Origin: Enterococcus saccharolyticus subsp. saccharolyticus
Lineage (GTDB): Bacteria; Bacillota; Bacilli; Lactobacillales; Enterococcaceae
Direction of reading: 5' to 3'
DNA length: 64,000 bases
NCBI RefSeq assembly: GCF_029023825.1
Contig: NZ_CP118957.1
Location: 1,571,794 to 1,635,793 of the forward strand
Part shown: positions 18,107 through 31,289 of the stretch, in pieces
How the letters are laid out: every line of letters starts with the position of its first letter
Position numbering within the stretch: the stretch's first letter is position 1
Program-made: the position numbers and the translations under genes
Notes under the pieces: generated by a model
Databases searched by the model: none
What the model saw: only the letters and a program-made list of their open reading frames with translations
What the model was told of the DNA's origin: nothing

Positions 18107-20386
18107 TTACAATTTGCTGTGTGATGTTCTTGCGATAACATCTGCTTGTTGTTCTGGTGTTAAGTCACGGAATTTGACAGCATAACCAGACACACGAATG
18201 GTTAAGTTTGGATATTTTTCAGGATGTTTTTGCGCATCTAATAATAACTCATTTGTAAACACGTTGACATTCAAGTGGTAACCACCTTTGTCAAAATAGC
18301 CATCCATGACATTACGTAAGTTGTTAATTCTTGTTTCTTCATCTTTTCCTAACCCATTTGGATTAATTGTCTGTGTATTTGAAATACCATCTAACGCATG
18401 TGTATATTCTAAACGAGCAGTTGAATTTAATGATGCTAATAAACCATTTTTCTCTCCTAAGAATTTACCATCTTGATAACTTGGATTTGCACCTGGAGCA
18501 AGTGGTTTACCTGCACGACGTCCATCTGGCGTATTCCCAGTCGCTTTTCCATAAACAACATTTGACGTAATCGTCAATAGGGATGTTGTTGGACGAGAAT
18601 TACGGTACGTATGTTGACGTTTAATTTGTGTCATGAAATAATCTAAAATCCAATTTGCCATTTCGTCAGCTTCTTCATTATCATTACCATATGTTGGAAA
18701 TTCATTTTGAGGAACATAGTCCACTGCCATACCATCTTCATCGCGAATCACTTGAACATGACCATGTTTAATCGCCATCACACTATCTGTCGCATGAGAA
18801 ATTCCAGCAATACCTGTCGCAAATGTACGTTTCAAATCCGAATCCATCAATGCTAATTGCGCCGCTTCATACGCATATTTATCATGCATGTAGTGAATCA
18901 CATTTAAAGTATTCACATATAACTCAGCTAACCAATCCATAATATCTTTGAAGCGTTCCATGAATTCATGGTAATCTAACGTTTCACCTGTCATTGGACG
19001 ATATTTTGGCCCTACTTGCATTTTTGTTTTCTCATCGATACCGCCATTGATTGCATACAAGACAGCTTTTGCCAAGTTGGCGCGAGCACCAAAGAATTGC
19101 ATGTCTTTTCCAGTAACAGTCGCTGATACACAACAAGCGATTGCACAATCATCTGAACCCCAATTTGTTCGTAACAAATCATCATTTTCAAATTGGATAG
19201 AAGAACTTTCTTTCGCAATTTTTGCTGCGTACGTTCTAAATCCTTCTGGTAAATGAGAAGAATACAACACAGTCAAGTTGGGTTCTGGTGATGGTCCCAT
19301 ATTTGTCAATGTGTGTAAAATACGGAAATCACTTTTCGTTACCAATGAACGGCCATCCATCCCCATACCAGCAATTGATAATGTTGCCCAAATTGGATAA
19401 CCAGAGAACAATTGATTATAGTCTGGTGTCCGTGCAAATTTCACCATACGCAACTTCATAATTAAATGATCAATCATTTCTTGTGCTTCAAATTCAGTAA
19501 TAACACCACGTTCTAAATCACGTTGAATATAAATATCTAGGAAAGCAGAAATACGTCCAATTGACATCGCTGCACCATTTTGTGATTTTATGGCACCTAA
19601 GTAACCGAAGTATAACCATTGAATAGCTTCTTGCGCATTTTCGGCTGGACGAGAAATATCAAATCCATAAGAAGCAGCCATTTTTTTCAAATCATTTAAA
19701 GCACGATATTGCTCAGTAATTTCTTCACGTAAACGAATCACATCATCTGTCATTACTTTATTTCCTGTATTATCGTGATCTTTTTTCTTTTGCTCCATTA
19801 AGAAGTCCACGCCATACAATGCGACACGTCGATAATCCCCAATAATACGGCCACGACCATATGCATCTGGCAAACCAGTAATAATTTTATTTTTACGAGC
19901 TAATCGCATTTCTGGTGTGTAAACATCGAATACGCCTTGATTGTGTGTTTTTCGCCATTCACTAAAAATTTTTGTCATTTCTTCATCAGCTTCATAACCA
20001 TTTGAAACCAAAGCATTATTTGCCATATTGATTCCACCAAATGGTTGGAAAGCTTGCTTTAATGGTACGTCAGTTTGCAAACCAACAATTTTTTCTTCTT
20101 CTTCAATTAAATATCCTGGTGCATGTGAAGTCAAAGTAGATGGAATATTGTTATCCATATCGTAGACACCATTTTGTTGATGTTGCACTTCAAATAATTC
20201 TTGTAATCTTGTCCATAATTTGTCTGTACTAGGAGCAATACCGGCTAAAAAACTATCATCTCCGCGGTATTCTGTGTAGTTTGCTTGAATAAAATCACGT
20301 GTGTTAATTTCTTTTTTCCACTGGCCGCCTTTAAAACCTTCCCAAGCAGTATTTAATTGTTCTGTTTTGTTTGTTACTGATGCCAT
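18107..20386 (-). CDS. pflB: Formate C-acetyltransferase (pyruvate formate-lyase), 759 aa.
   Basis: C-terminal glycyl-radical motif (RVSGYAV) and the active-site double cysteine (CCVS). Confidence 0.95.
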   Translation of the reverse strand: MASVTNKTEQLNTAWEGFKGGQWKKEINTRDFIQANYTEYRGDDSFLAGIAPSTDKLWTRLQELFEVQHQQNGVYDMDNNIPSTLTSHAPGYLIEEEEKIVGLQTDVPLKQAFQPFGGINMANNALVSNGYEADEEMTKIFSEWRKTHNQGVFDVYTPEMRLARKNKIITGLPDAYGRGRIIGDYRRVALYGVDFLMEQKKKDHDNTGNKVMTDDVIRLREEITEQYRALNDLKKMAASYGFDISRPAENAQEAIQWLYFGYLGAIKSQNGAAMSIGRISAFLDIYIQRDLERGVITEFEAQEMIDHLIMKLRMVKFARTPDYNQLFSGYPIWATLSIAGMGMDGRSLVTKSDFRILHTLTNMGPSPEPNLTVLYSSHLPEGFRTYAAKIAKESSSIQFENDDLLRTNWGSDDCAIACCVSATVTGKDMQFFGARANLAKAVLYAINGGIDEKTKMQVGPKYRPMTGETLDYHEFMERFKDIMDWLAELYVNTLNVIHYMHDKYAYEAAQLALMDSDLKRTFATGIAGISHATDSVMAIKHGHVQVIRDEDGMAVDYVPQNEFPTYGNDNEEADEMANWILDYFMTQIKRQHTYRNSRPTTSLLTITSNVVYGKATGNTPDGRRAGKPLAPGANPSYQDGKFLGEKNGLLASLNSTARLEYTHALDGISNTQTINPNGLGKDEETRINNLRNVMDGYFDKGGYHLNVNVFTNELLLDAQKHPEKYPNLTIRVSGYAVKFRDLTPEQQADVIARTSHSKL

Positions 20387-20607
20387 TTTATGTTCCTCCT
20401 TATGTCCTGTTCATTGTAACAGCTCTACGTGAATAGTATAACACGTTAACAAAACTTTGCAAGTGTTTACATATATTTTTGTTAACAATAAAATATTTTT
20501 TTACATTTTTTTTAAAACAAATACTAATTTAACAGCATTTATTAATTGTGATTTATTTATCAATTAACATTTTTTAAATTTGAAAAAAAGTGAACAAACA
20601 CTTATAA

Positions 20608-20645
20608 AAAAGAGGTTCTGTATTGTTACAGAACCTCTTTTTTAT
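20608..20645. terminator. Bidirectional hairpin terminator AGAGGTTCTGT...ACAGAACCTCT downstream of parC.
   Basis: Perfect inverted repeat flanked by A/T runs. Confidence 0.7.
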
Positions 20646-20650
20646 ATTAA

Positions 20651-23116
20651 TTATACAACAGCGTTTTCACTGATAATCGATGGATCGGTCATTTCAATAA
20701 CCGACGTTACTTCCCCACCTTGTTTTTCATCCATCACAAATGACCCATTAGATGTTCGTTCATTAATCGCATACGTATCGGATAAAATCAATTGTTCTTC
20801 TCCTTTTTGATTTTGAAGACGAAGCTGCTTGGTTTCACCATTGCCCATATAAACAACGCGATGTGGATTTGCTTTCAATTCTCTTAAAATCATTAATCCA
20901 CGTTTCGCACGACCTAATTGCGTTAACTCTTGCGCTAGCATCCGTTTCACAGCACCACGCTGAGTCACTACGATTATTGGTGTATCTCCTTCAGAATAAA
21001 CAAGCGTCCCATTAACGACGAAATCACTTTCTTTGAGATTCATCGATTTTACACCGGCAGCTTTAGGACCGACAACGGGAACTTCAGTTAATGGATAACG
21101 TAAACCAAAGCCCATATGACTTGCTAAAAAGATATCTAAATTTTCTTCTTGATTCACTAAAAAGACATTGGTTAATTCGTCTGTCTCTGATTTAAATTTG
21201 ATAATAGCTGTCGGACGGCTCTTATACGTGCGCCATGGTTCAAATTCAGTCATTCGGGTTTGCTTAATCAAGCCTTCTTTGCTAATCAATACAAAGTTCT
21301 TTAATGGATGTAATTCATTATACGTAAATACGCCTAAAATGGATTCATCAATTGAAAAATTCAAAATTGTTTGAGAAATATGCTCGCCAATTTCTTTCCA
21401 ACGCATATCCGGTAATTCATGTACTGGACGATAAATGACATTTCCTTTATTGGTAATCAATAATAGATGATCTAATGTATTGGCTTGTCCGGTATATAAA
21501 ACATAATCGCCTTCTTTCATCCCCAGTTCTTCTGGTTTAGAAGCCGCATATGAACGTAAACTACTACGTTTGATATATCCTTCATGCGTTACTGAAACGA
21601 CAACATCCTCTTGAGGAACCAACACTTCTGTTTCGATTTTGATTTCTTGAATTTCATCTTCAATTCTTGTCAAACGAGGTTGTCCATATTGTTTTTTGAC
21701 TTCACGTAATTCTTTTTTCACCACTTTTAATAATTCTGATTCGTTATGAATGATATTTTGTAGATGAGCAATTAAAGCCGCAAGTTCTTCGGCTTCTGCT
21801 TTTAATTGCGTGATATCTGTATTTGTCAAACGGTACAATTGCAACGTAACAATTGCTTCAGCTTGTACTTCTGTAAATTGATGTTCAATAATTAAATTAT
21901 TTTTCGCATCTTTTTTATCTTTACTGCCGCGAATCGTGGCAATCACTGCATCTAAAATCGACAAAGCTTTAATTAAACCGTCCACAACATGTTGTCTGGT
22001 TTCGGCTTTTTCAAGATCATAACGACTGCGCTTTAAGATCACGCCACGACGATGCTTCACATAGCTTTCTAAAATACGCTTCAATCCAACTTGTTGTGGA
22101 CGCATTTCATCAATAGCTACCATATTGAAATTATAGTTAATTTGTAATTCAGTATTTTTGAAAAGATAATTTAAAATTCCTTGCGCATTCACATCTTTTT
22201 TCAATTCCACAACGATTTGCAATCCTGTACGGTCACTTTCATCACGCACTTCAGCAATCCCTTCGATTTTTTTATTCAATCGAATTTCATCCATTTTTTT
22301 CACAAGGGTAGCTTTATTTACTTCATAAGGAATTTCATTAATAATAATTTGTTGTTTTCCACCACGAATGGTTTCAATACGTGTTTTTGAACGTAAAATA
22401 ACTTTTCCTTTACCTGTCTCATACGCTTTCTTGATTTCTTCTTTTCCTTGTAAGATACCACCTGTTGGAAAATCAGGACCTGGAATAAATTCCATTAATT
22501 TTTCTAAAGAGGCTTGTGGATGATCAATTAAATAAATGGTTCCATTGATAACTTCTTCTAAATTATGTGTTGGAATTTCTGTTGCGTAACCAGCTGAAAT
22601 TCCTGTTGAACCATTGACCAATAGATTGGGATATTTTGCAGGTAAAACAGTCGGCTCTTTTTCAGTATCATCAAAGTTCCAAACAAAATCGACTGTTTCT
22701 TTTTCGATGTCTTTTAACAATTCACCACTTAATTGTGATAAACGCGCTTCTGTATAACGCATCGCAGCCGGTGGATCACCGTCCATACTTCCGTTATTTC
22801 CATGCATCTCAATTAAGATTTCACGCAGTTTCCAATCTTGGCTCATTCGAACCATTGCTTCATAAATACTGCTATCTCCATGAGGATGGTAATTCCCCAT
22901 AATATTTCCGACTGATTTTGCTGACTTTCTAAAGCCTTTTTCATGGGTATTACCGTCTTTATTCATCGCAAATAAGATTCTGCGTTGTACTGGCTTTAAC
23001 CCATCACGAATATCAGGTAAAGCACGTTCTTGAATGATATATTTAGAATATCTTCCAAAGCGATCTCCCATGACTTCTTCCAATGTTAATTCTTGAATAT
23101 TGTGTGTATGTTCCAA
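20651..23116 (-). CDS. parC: DNA topoisomerase IV subunit A.
   Basis: QRDR-region motif HGDSSIYEAMVRMSQDW. 821 aa, immediately downstream of parE. Confidence 0.9.
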   Translation of the reverse strand: MEHTHNIQELTLEEVMGDRFGRYSKYIIQERALPDIRDGLKPVQRRILFAMNKDGNTHEKGFRKSAKSVGNIMGNYHPHGDSSIYEAMVRMSQDWKLREILIEMHGNNGSMDGDPPAAMRYTEARLSQLSGELLKDIEKETVDFVWNFDDTEKEPTVLPAKYPNLLVNGSTGISAGYATEIPTHNLEEVINGTIYLIDHPQASLEKLMEFIPGPDFPTGGILQGKEEIKKAYETGKGKVILRSKTRIETIRGGKQQIIINEIPYEVNKATLVKKMDEIRLNKKIEGIAEVRDESDRTGLQIVVELKKDVNAQGILNYLFKNTELQINYNFNMVAIDEMRPQQVGLKRILESYVKHRRGVILKRSRYDLEKAETRQHVVDGLIKALSILDAVIATIRGSKDKKDAKNNLIIEHQFTEVQAEAIVTLQLYRLTNTDITQLKAEAEELAALIAHLQNIIHNESELLKVVKKELREVKKQYGQPRLTRIEDEIQEIKIETEVLVPQEDVVVSVTHEGYIKRSSLRSYAASKPEELGMKEGDYVLYTGQANTLDHLLLITNKGNVIYRPVHELPDMRWKEIGEHISQTILNFSIDESILGVFTYNELHPLKNFVLISKEGLIKQTRMTEFEPWRTYKSRPTAIIKFKSETDELTNVFLVNQEENLDIFLASHMGFGLRYPLTEVPVVGPKAAGVKSMNLKESDFVVNGTLVYSEGDTPIIVVTQRGAVKRMLAQELTQLGRAKRGLMILRELKANPHRVVYMGNGETKQLRLQNQKGEEQLILSDTYAINERTSNGSFVMDEKQGGEVTSVIEMTDPSIISENAVV

Positions 23117-23127
23117 GAGATCACCTC

Positions 23128-25188
<2,061 letters not shown>

Positions 25189-25280
25189 TCATATTTGTTC
25201 GACTAAGCAAAAAATTCGTGAAGAACAAGAAAAAAATTCTAAGAAGAAGCTTTCTCTTAGAACTTTTTTTCATTCTTTAC

Positions 25281-25703
25281 TTACGCCATTTTTGCTAATT
25301 CGATTTTAATGCAACGATTCATTACAATATCTGTACGACCTGCCGCTTGCAATATTTCTGCAGCTTCATCATTTTCAATTCCTAATTGCGCCCAATAGAC
25401 CTTCGCATTTGTTTCTAAAAATGCCTTAGCGATGTCAGGTAAAAATTCACTACGTCTAAAAATATCTACAATATCAATTGTTTCAGTAATATCTTGTAAC
25501 TGTTCATAAACAGGTTCACCGAGAATTGTTTGTCCTGCTAATACTGGATTTACCGGAAAAATTCGGTAACCATGCTCTTGTAAAAGTTGGGCAATTTGAT
25601 AACTTGTACGATCTTCTTTATTACTTAAACCAATAACTGCGATATTTTTCGCCTCTTTTAAATATGCTTGAATCGTTTCTTCACTTGGATTTTGAAAACT
25701 CAT
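25281..25703 (-). CDS. CoA-binding domain protein (YccU/YneT family), 140 aa.
   Basis: IAVIGLS nucleotide-binding-like motif typical of CoA-binding proteins. Terminator hairpin TTCTAAGA...TCTTAGAA downstream. Confidence 0.7.
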   Translation of the reverse strand: MSFQNPSEETIQAYLKEAKNIAVIGLSNKEDRTSYQIAQLLQEHGYRIFPVNPVLAGQTILGEPVYEQLQDITETIDIVDIFRRSEFLPDIAKAFLETNAKVYWAQLGIENDEAAEILQAAGRTDIVMNRCIKIELAKMA

Positions 25704-25798
25704 CGTACTTCCTCCTCTGAATATTTCGTTCTTTTTTATTGTTGCAATGCGTAATTCATGCTAAAATTGCTCTAGTTCTTTTAAGAAAGTTGGTCATT

Positions 25799-26431
25799 AT
25801 GAAAATTATAATTTTATTGGTCATTGCTTATTTACTAGGTTCAATTCCTTCAGGTGTATGGATTGGCAAACTCTTTTTCAAAAAAGACATTCGCCAATTT
25901 GGTAGTGGAAATTCTGGCACCACAAATACCTTTCGTGTCTTAGGAAAAAAAGCAGGGATTATCGTCTTATTAATGGATATTTTAAAAGGTACACTAGCAA
26001 CTAGTTTACCCGTTATTTTTCACATTACAACCATTAACCCTTTATGGTTTGGGGTTTGCGCTATTTTAGGGCATACGTTTCCAATCTTTGCTGGATTCAA
26101 AGGTGGAAAAGCGGTGGCAACTAGTGCGGGGATGCTGTTAGGTTATCAACCACTGTTCTTTATATACTCAACAGTCCTCTTTCTTATCTGTTTGTTCATT
26201 ACCAGTATGGTAAGTTTAGCAAGTATGATTGCCGCTGTACTCATCACGTTATCAACATTTTTTATCCCATATATTGCGCCAATGATTTTAGAAAAGCAAG
26301 ACTGGTTATTAACCATTATCGCTATTTGTGTGACAACCTTTATTTTTTATCGCCACAAAGATAATATCAAACGCATAAAAAACGGAACAGAAAACAAAGT
26401 GCCGTTTGGATTAAACAAACCGAAAAAATAA
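25799..26431 (+). CDS. plsY: Glycerol-3-phosphate acyltransferase PlsY.
   Basis: Start at MKIIILL. Multi-TM protein with the conserved GSGN(S/A)GTTN motif ([12 protein letters not shown]). Confidence 0.9.
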   Translation: MKIIILLVIAYLLGSIPSGVWIGKLFFKKDIRQFGSGNSGTTNTFRVLGKKAGIIVLLMDILKGTLATSLPVIFHITTINPLWFGVCAILGHTFPIFAGFKGGKAVATSAGMLLGYQPLFFIYSTVLFLICLFITSMVSLASMIAAVLITLSTFFIPYIAPMILEKQDWLLTIIAICVTTFIFYRHKDNIKRIKNGTENKVPFGLNKPKK

Positions 26432-26458
26432 GCTGGGTGTATCCACCCAGCTTATTTT

Positions 26459-27334
26459 TTATTTCACTGTAATGGAGTACTTCGTTTCAAATACCTCTTG
26501 CGCATCTAATTGACGAATACCTAATTTTTCTGTTAATTCACCGCTTGCATCGTGAGTATCCGCAATACCTTCCCAAGGTTCAATGCACACAAAAGGAGAC
26601 GCAACTGGATAGGTTGACCAAATCCCTACATACGGCATATTATTATACGTCAAAGTCACACTATGTGGTGAATTTTCACTACGAATCGAAAATGAATTTA
26701 ATCCTTTTGTTTCGAAAATCAAGGCATCATTTTTAAATAAATCGTGAGTTAAAGCTATATTTGTATTCGTTTGTCCAAGTGTACGTTGTTCTAAATCTAC
26801 ATACCGACCACGTAACGGCAACGCAACACGAGATTTCATTGGTGAAGGTTCTAGATAATAATCTTCAAACTTTTCCCCTTCTTCCAACGGCACATTAAAC
26901 GCCGGATGTCCACCAATAGAAAAATACATTTCTTCTGATGAGGGATTTTCTACACGGTATTTGACAACAATCCCGTCACCGCCTAATTCATAGGTCAAAA
27001 TTAATTTAAAATCAAAAGGATACACTTTTTTGGTTTCTGGTGTACTTTCCAAAATAAAACTAGCGGCATCCTCTTGTTGTTCAAGTACCTTAAATTCCAT
27101 ATCGCGAGCAAATCCATGTTGTGGTAGTTCATATGTTTCCCCTTGATACGTGTATTGATTGTCTTTTAATGAACCAACAAATGGAAATAAAACTGGCGCA
27201 TGACGAGCCCAATGTTTGGGATCCGCTTGCCAAATGTATTCAATCTCTGTTTCTTTACTTTTTAAGCTCTTTAACTCGGCACCATGCGTTGAGATAATCG
27301 CTTTTAAGTGAGGTGTTTCAATTGTAATATCCAT
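26459..27334 (-). CDS. Aldose 1-epimerase (galactose mutarotase-like, LacX/YihR type) family protein.
   Basis: Length and sequence pattern of the small mutarotase-like family. Confidence 0.7.
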   Translation of the reverse strand: MDITIETPHLKAIISTHGAELKSLKSKETEIEYIWQADPKHWARHAPVLFPFVGSLKDNQYTYQGETYELPQHGFARDMEFKVLEQQEDAASFILESTPETKKVYPFDFKLILTYELGGDGIVVKYRVENPSSEEMYFSIGGHPAFNVPLEEGEKFEDYYLEPSPMKSRVALPLRGRYVDLEQRTLGQTNTNIALTHDLFKNDALIFETKGLNSFSIRSENSPHSVTLTYNNMPYVGIWSTYPVASPFVCIEPWEGIADTHDASGELTEKLGIRQLDAQEVFETKYSITVK

Positions 27335-27361
27335 TTTATTTCCCCCTTAGAGTTTAAAAAT

Positions 27362-28147
27362 TTATGCTTTATCTAACTCATCTTTAAAACGATGATTTAA
27401 TACTTTCAAATACGTTCCTTTCATCCCCAATGAACGTGATTCAATAATACCCGCAGATTCTAATTTGCGTAATGCATTCACAATCACAGAACGAGTAATA
27501 CCAATTTCGTCAGCAATATTTGATGCAGTTAAACGTCCTTCGTCACCTTCTAACGCATTGAAAATCGCTTGTACGGCTTTTAATTCGCTATAAGATAAGG
27601 TATTCACAGCCATTTGAACTGCTGTTGCGCTACGAATATCTTCTTCGATATTACGTGATGTTTGGTATAAAATTTGCATCCCAACAACAGTTGCACTATA
27701 TTCTGCTAAAACCAAATCATTGTCATCAAATGAATCATCAATCCTTGAAAGAATGATTGTCCCTAGACGTTCACCAGCACCAAAAATTGGCACAACTGTC
27801 GTTAAACCATTTGGATAAAGTTCACGTGATTCAATCGGAAAAGCAGTCATATCACTATCGATGGTAATGTTTGCTTCTGTTGCATGTAAATTATCTACCA
27901 TGTCGGTATAAGTTTTGGGAAATTGTTTTTCAACAAACATATTTTTCACACGCGCATTGTTTACATCATGCTTTTCATTAAAGCCTAATAAGCTGCCATT
28001 GCTACTAATAATATACGCATTGCTATCTAAAATATCTCCTAAAATAATCGCCATTTTATCATAAGGCAAATCAGAATCCATATTAAATGTGTTTTTTTGT
28101 TGTAATAATTCATTAATTTGTCTTGTTTTATCTAAAAGTGTAGTCAT
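27362..28147 (-). CDS. codY: GTP- and BCAA-sensing global transcriptional regulator CodY.
   Basis: N-terminal GAF domain and a C-terminal wHTH (ASNIADEIGITRSVIVNALRKLESAGII). Confidence 0.95.
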   Translation of the reverse strand: MTTLLDKTRQINELLQQKNTFNMDSDLPYDKMAIILGDILDSNAYIISSNGSLLGFNEKHDVNNARVKNMFVEKQFPKTYTDMVDNLHATEANITIDSDMTAFPIESRELYPNGLTTVVPIFGAGERLGTIILSRIDDSFDDNDLVLAEYSATVVGMQILYQTSRNIEEDIRSATAVQMAVNTLSYSELKAVQAIFNALEGDEGRLTASNIADEIGITRSVIVNALRKLESAGIIESRSLGMKGTYLKVLNHRFKDELDKA

Positions 28148-28161
28148 TGCTTTCTCCTTTA

Positions 28162-29559
28162 TTATAAAATATAACGACTTAAATCTTCATCTTTGGCAAT
28201 ATCTGCTAATTTTTCATCAACATATGCTTCTGTAATTGTAATTTCAGCCATTTGCATATCAGAAGCTTCAAAAAGAAGATCTTCTAGAAGTTTTTCCAAA
28301 ATAGTGTGTAGACGACGCGCGCCGATGTTATCTGTATCACGATTCACTTGGAAGGCAATTGCAGCAATACGTTCAATTGCTTCTAACGTAAACGTGACTT
28401 GGACATTTTCGGTACCCAATAATGCGACATATTGTTTCACCAAGGCATTGTTTGGTTCTTTTAAGATTTTAACGAAATCTTCGGCTGTTAAATCATCTAA
28501 TTCCACGCGGATTGGGAAGCGTCCTTGTAATTCTGGAATTAAATCACTTGGTTTCGATAAATGGAAAGCACCTGAGGCAATGAACAAAATATGATCTGTT
28601 TGTAACGCACCATATTTTGTATTCACTTGAGACCCCTCAACAATTGGTAAAATATCACGTTGCACACCTTCACGAGAAACTTCTCCTGATTGTTGTGATT
28701 TAGATGTCACTTTATCAATCTCATCAATAAAGATAATTCCACTTGATTCAGCTAAGCGTAAAGCTTCACTGTTAATGTCCGCATCATTGACTAATTTAGA
28801 CGATTCTTCTTGAATTAATAATTCACGGGCTTCTTTGACAGTAACCGTACGTTCAACTTTTTTCCGTGGCTTTAACGCACCTAATGTTTCGTTTAAATCA
28901 ATCCCCATTTGTTCCAAGCCATTATTCATCATTGGGGCTTGTGTTTTTGGTTCATCAATTTCAATCGTTACTTCGCGGGAATCCAAAGCACCACGTTCTA
29001 ATTGGTCAAAAATTGATTGGCGATTGACGCGAATTTCATCAGTTAATTCTTCTTTTGGTTCTTCTGGTTGTTGCATCGTATTAAACATGCTCATCATTTG
29101 TTCATATGGATTAGTAGATTGTTTTTGCTCTTTTTTAATTCCTGGAACTAAAACTTTTGCTAAACGACGATTGGCTTTTTTCTCCGCTTGAATGCGTACA
29201 CGAGTGTATTGTTCTTTTTGGACGATTTGAATCGCATTTTCGACTAAATCTCGAACCATCGACTCTACATCACGGCCAACGTAACCAACTTCGGTAAATT
29301 TAGTTGCTTCAACTTTCACAAATGGGGCTTGGACAATTTTGGCTAAGCGACGGGCAATTTCTGTTTTACCAACACCTGTTTGTCCGATCATTAAAATGTT
29401 TTTTGGTGTCACTTCTTGTTGCATTTTTTCATCCAATTGCAAACGACGATAACGGTTACGCAATGCAACAGCTACTGATTTCTTAGCAGCTTGTTGTCCG
29501 ACGATATACTGGTCTAACTCAGTAACAATTTCTTTTGGTGAAATATTTTGATTCATCAT
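28162..29559 (-). CDS. hslU: ATP-dependent protease ATPase subunit HslU (ClpY).
   Basis: Walker A GQTGVGKTEIARRLA and the AAA+ fold. Lies adjacent to hslV. Confidence 0.95.
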   Translation of the reverse strand: MMNQNISPKEIVTELDQYIVGQQAAKKSVAVALRNRYRRLQLDEKMQQEVTPKNILMIGQTGVGKTEIARRLAKIVQAPFVKVEATKFTEVGYVGRDVESMVRDLVENAIQIVQKEQYTRVRIQAEKKANRRLAKVLVPGIKKEQKQSTNPYEQMMSMFNTMQQPEEPKEELTDEIRVNRQSIFDQLERGALDSREVTIEIDEPKTQAPMMNNGLEQMGIDLNETLGALKPRKKVERTVTVKEARELLIQEESSKLVNDADINSEALRLAESSGIIFIDEIDKVTSKSQQSGEVSREGVQRDILPIVEGSQVNTKYGALQTDHILFIASGAFHLSKPSDLIPELQGRFPIRVELDDLTAEDFVKILKEPNNALVKQYVALLGTENVQVTFTLEAIERIAAIAFQVNRDTDNIGARRLHTILEKLLEDLLFEASDMQMAEITITEAYVDEKLADIAKDEDLSRYIL

Positions 29560-29563
29560 AAAA

Positions 29564-30109
29564 CTAACATTCCTCTACAATAATATTATGGTTGGTAAAG
29601 ACGCAAATATCTGCGGCTATATTTAATGCATTTTCAGCAATTTCTTTTGCTGTTAATTCGTTACTAGCATATTTTTTCATAGCACGGGCAGCGGATAACG
29701 CATAGTTTCCACCTGAACCAATGGCTAAAATACCATCATCTGGGGCAATCACTTCGCCAGTTCCCGAAACTAATAACATTTCATTTTTATTCATAACAAT
29801 CAACATTGCTTCTAGTTTTTGCATAGATTGTTTTGTACGCCATTCTTGTGCTAATTCTACAGCAGCACGTTGTAAGTTTCCGTTGTATTCATTTAATTTA
29901 CCTTCAAATTTTTCTTCTAAAGTAAATGCATCCGCAACACTTCCCGCGAAACCGACAACGACTTCGCCATTGTAGATACGACGAACTTTACGCGCAGTGC
30001 CTTTCATGACGATTTGTTCGCCCATTGTTACTTGACCGTCACCGGCCATTGCAAATTTACCGTCTTTTTCAACGGCACAAATAGTGGTTGAATGAAATTG
30101 TGATTCCAT
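29564..30109 (-). CDS. hslV: ATP-dependent protease subunit HslV (ClpQ).
   Basis: N-terminal threonine protease family, with TT at the mature N-terminus after the Met region. Confidence 0.9.
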   Translation of the reverse strand: MESQFHSTTICAVEKDGKFAMAGDGQVTMGEQIVMKGTARKVRRIYNGEVVVGFAGSVADAFTLEEKFEGKLNEYNGNLQRAAVELAQEWRTKQSMQKLEAMLIVMNKNEMLLVSGTGEVIAPDDGILAIGSGGNYALSAARAMKKYASNELTAKEIAENALNIAADICVFTNHNIIVEEC

Positions 30110-30148
30110 GAATAATTGTCCTCCTAAATAACTTTAAATAAACAGTGA

Positions 30149-31045
30149 TTATGCTCTTGGATGAAACTGTCGATAGTTTTTTTGCAAACTTTCCTTCGTT
30201 ACATGCGCATAAATTTGTGTAGTTGATAAATTAGCATGTCCTAGCAATTCTTGTACCGTTCGCATGTCCGCACCATTATTCAATAAGTGTGTCGCAAACG
30301 TGTGCCGTAACATGTGTGGGTGAATATGACTATCGAGACTACTTTTACGAATTACTTGATTGAGTGCATATTCAATTCCCGTTGAAGTAATGGGATCACC
30401 TAAACGGTTTACAAAGACAAATGAATGTTCTTTGTGATATTTTTCCATCAAAAAGCGGCGGCCTTGTTCAAAATAAGTCTGTAACGCTTCTTGTGCATAA
30501 GCTCCAAAAGGCACGTAGCGTTCTTTATTCCCTTTTCCGAGAATCAATAAGACCCCATTTTCCCAATCGATTTGATTGACCTCTAAATTGGCGCATTCAC
30601 TTACACGTAAACCTGAACCATATAATATTTCTAAAAGTCCACGATTACGCTGTTGCAAAGGTTCTGAACCTTGTACGCTTTCAAAAAGAGCTGCCATTTC
30701 ATCTTCATAAAAGAAACGAGGAAGTTTTACACCTTTTTTCTTTAAATGAATATATGAAAATGGGTTTTCAGAAATGACCTCTTGTTTCAACAAATACTGA
30801 TAAAAAGAGCGTAAACTAGCAATTTTTCGACTGATTGTATTGCGACTATATTGTTTCTCGTTTAATTCACCGAGATATATTCGAACATCACGATGATCAA
30901 TCGTTAAATACTCTTTGTTTTTCGCTTCCAAAAAAGCAAAAAAGACCTTCATATCTTCTTGATAGGCTGCTTGCGTTTTTTCAGAGTAGCCTCGCTCTAC
31001 CATGAGATAGCGGAAAAATTCAGCGGGCCAATCTCTTGATACCAT
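30149..31045 (-). CDS. xerC: Tyrosine recombinase XerC (CodV).
   Basis: R..H..R..Y catalytic residues (HMLRHTFATHLL, LGHANLSTTQIYAHV). Start set at MVSRD (RBS GGGGGAA), giving 298 aa. Confidence 0.9.
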   Translation of the reverse strand: MVSRDWPAEFFRYLMVERGYSEKTQAAYQEDMKVFFAFLEAKNKEYLTIDHRDVRIYLGELNEKQYSRNTISRKIASLRSFYQYLLKQEVISENPFSYIHLKKKGVKLPRFFYEDEMAALFESVQGSEPLQQRNRGLLEILYGSGLRVSECANLEVNQIDWENGVLLILGKGNKERYVPFGAYAQEALQTYFEQGRRFLMEKYHKEHSFVFVNRLGDPITSTGIEYALNQVIRKSSLDSHIHPHMLRHTFATHLLNNGADMRTVQELLGHANLSTTQIYAHVTKESLQKNYRQFHPRA

Positions 31046-31289
31046 TGCTTTTCCCCCATTCTTGATTCTCTTAACTTTAGCATAGACCAAAAGAAAAAAC
31101 AAACGAATTGTCAGAATTTAATCAATATTTCAAAGTAACTTCACAATTGAGAAAATTTGCATATAATTTTCTAAAAATTTTCTAAAACAACTTTTCATTT
31201 TTCTTACTATTTTGTTATTTTATAGAAATCATTTAAAGAAAAAAGTCTGTTGAATAAATAAATTATCCAACAAACCTTCAACTATACGT

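Noticed and set aside
20387-20650. Candidate cre/Rex operators in the pflB upstream region (e.g. TGTAAACACTTGCA)
   Set aside because: Best matches carry two or more mismatches to the CcpA cre or Rex consensus, so they are not reported as features. Transcriptomic or footprint data are needed.
25739-25798. N-terminal 20-aa extension of plsY from the track ([20 protein letters not shown])
   Set aside because: Orthologous PlsY proteins begin at the MKIIILL-type Met. The extension overlaps the divergent promoter region.
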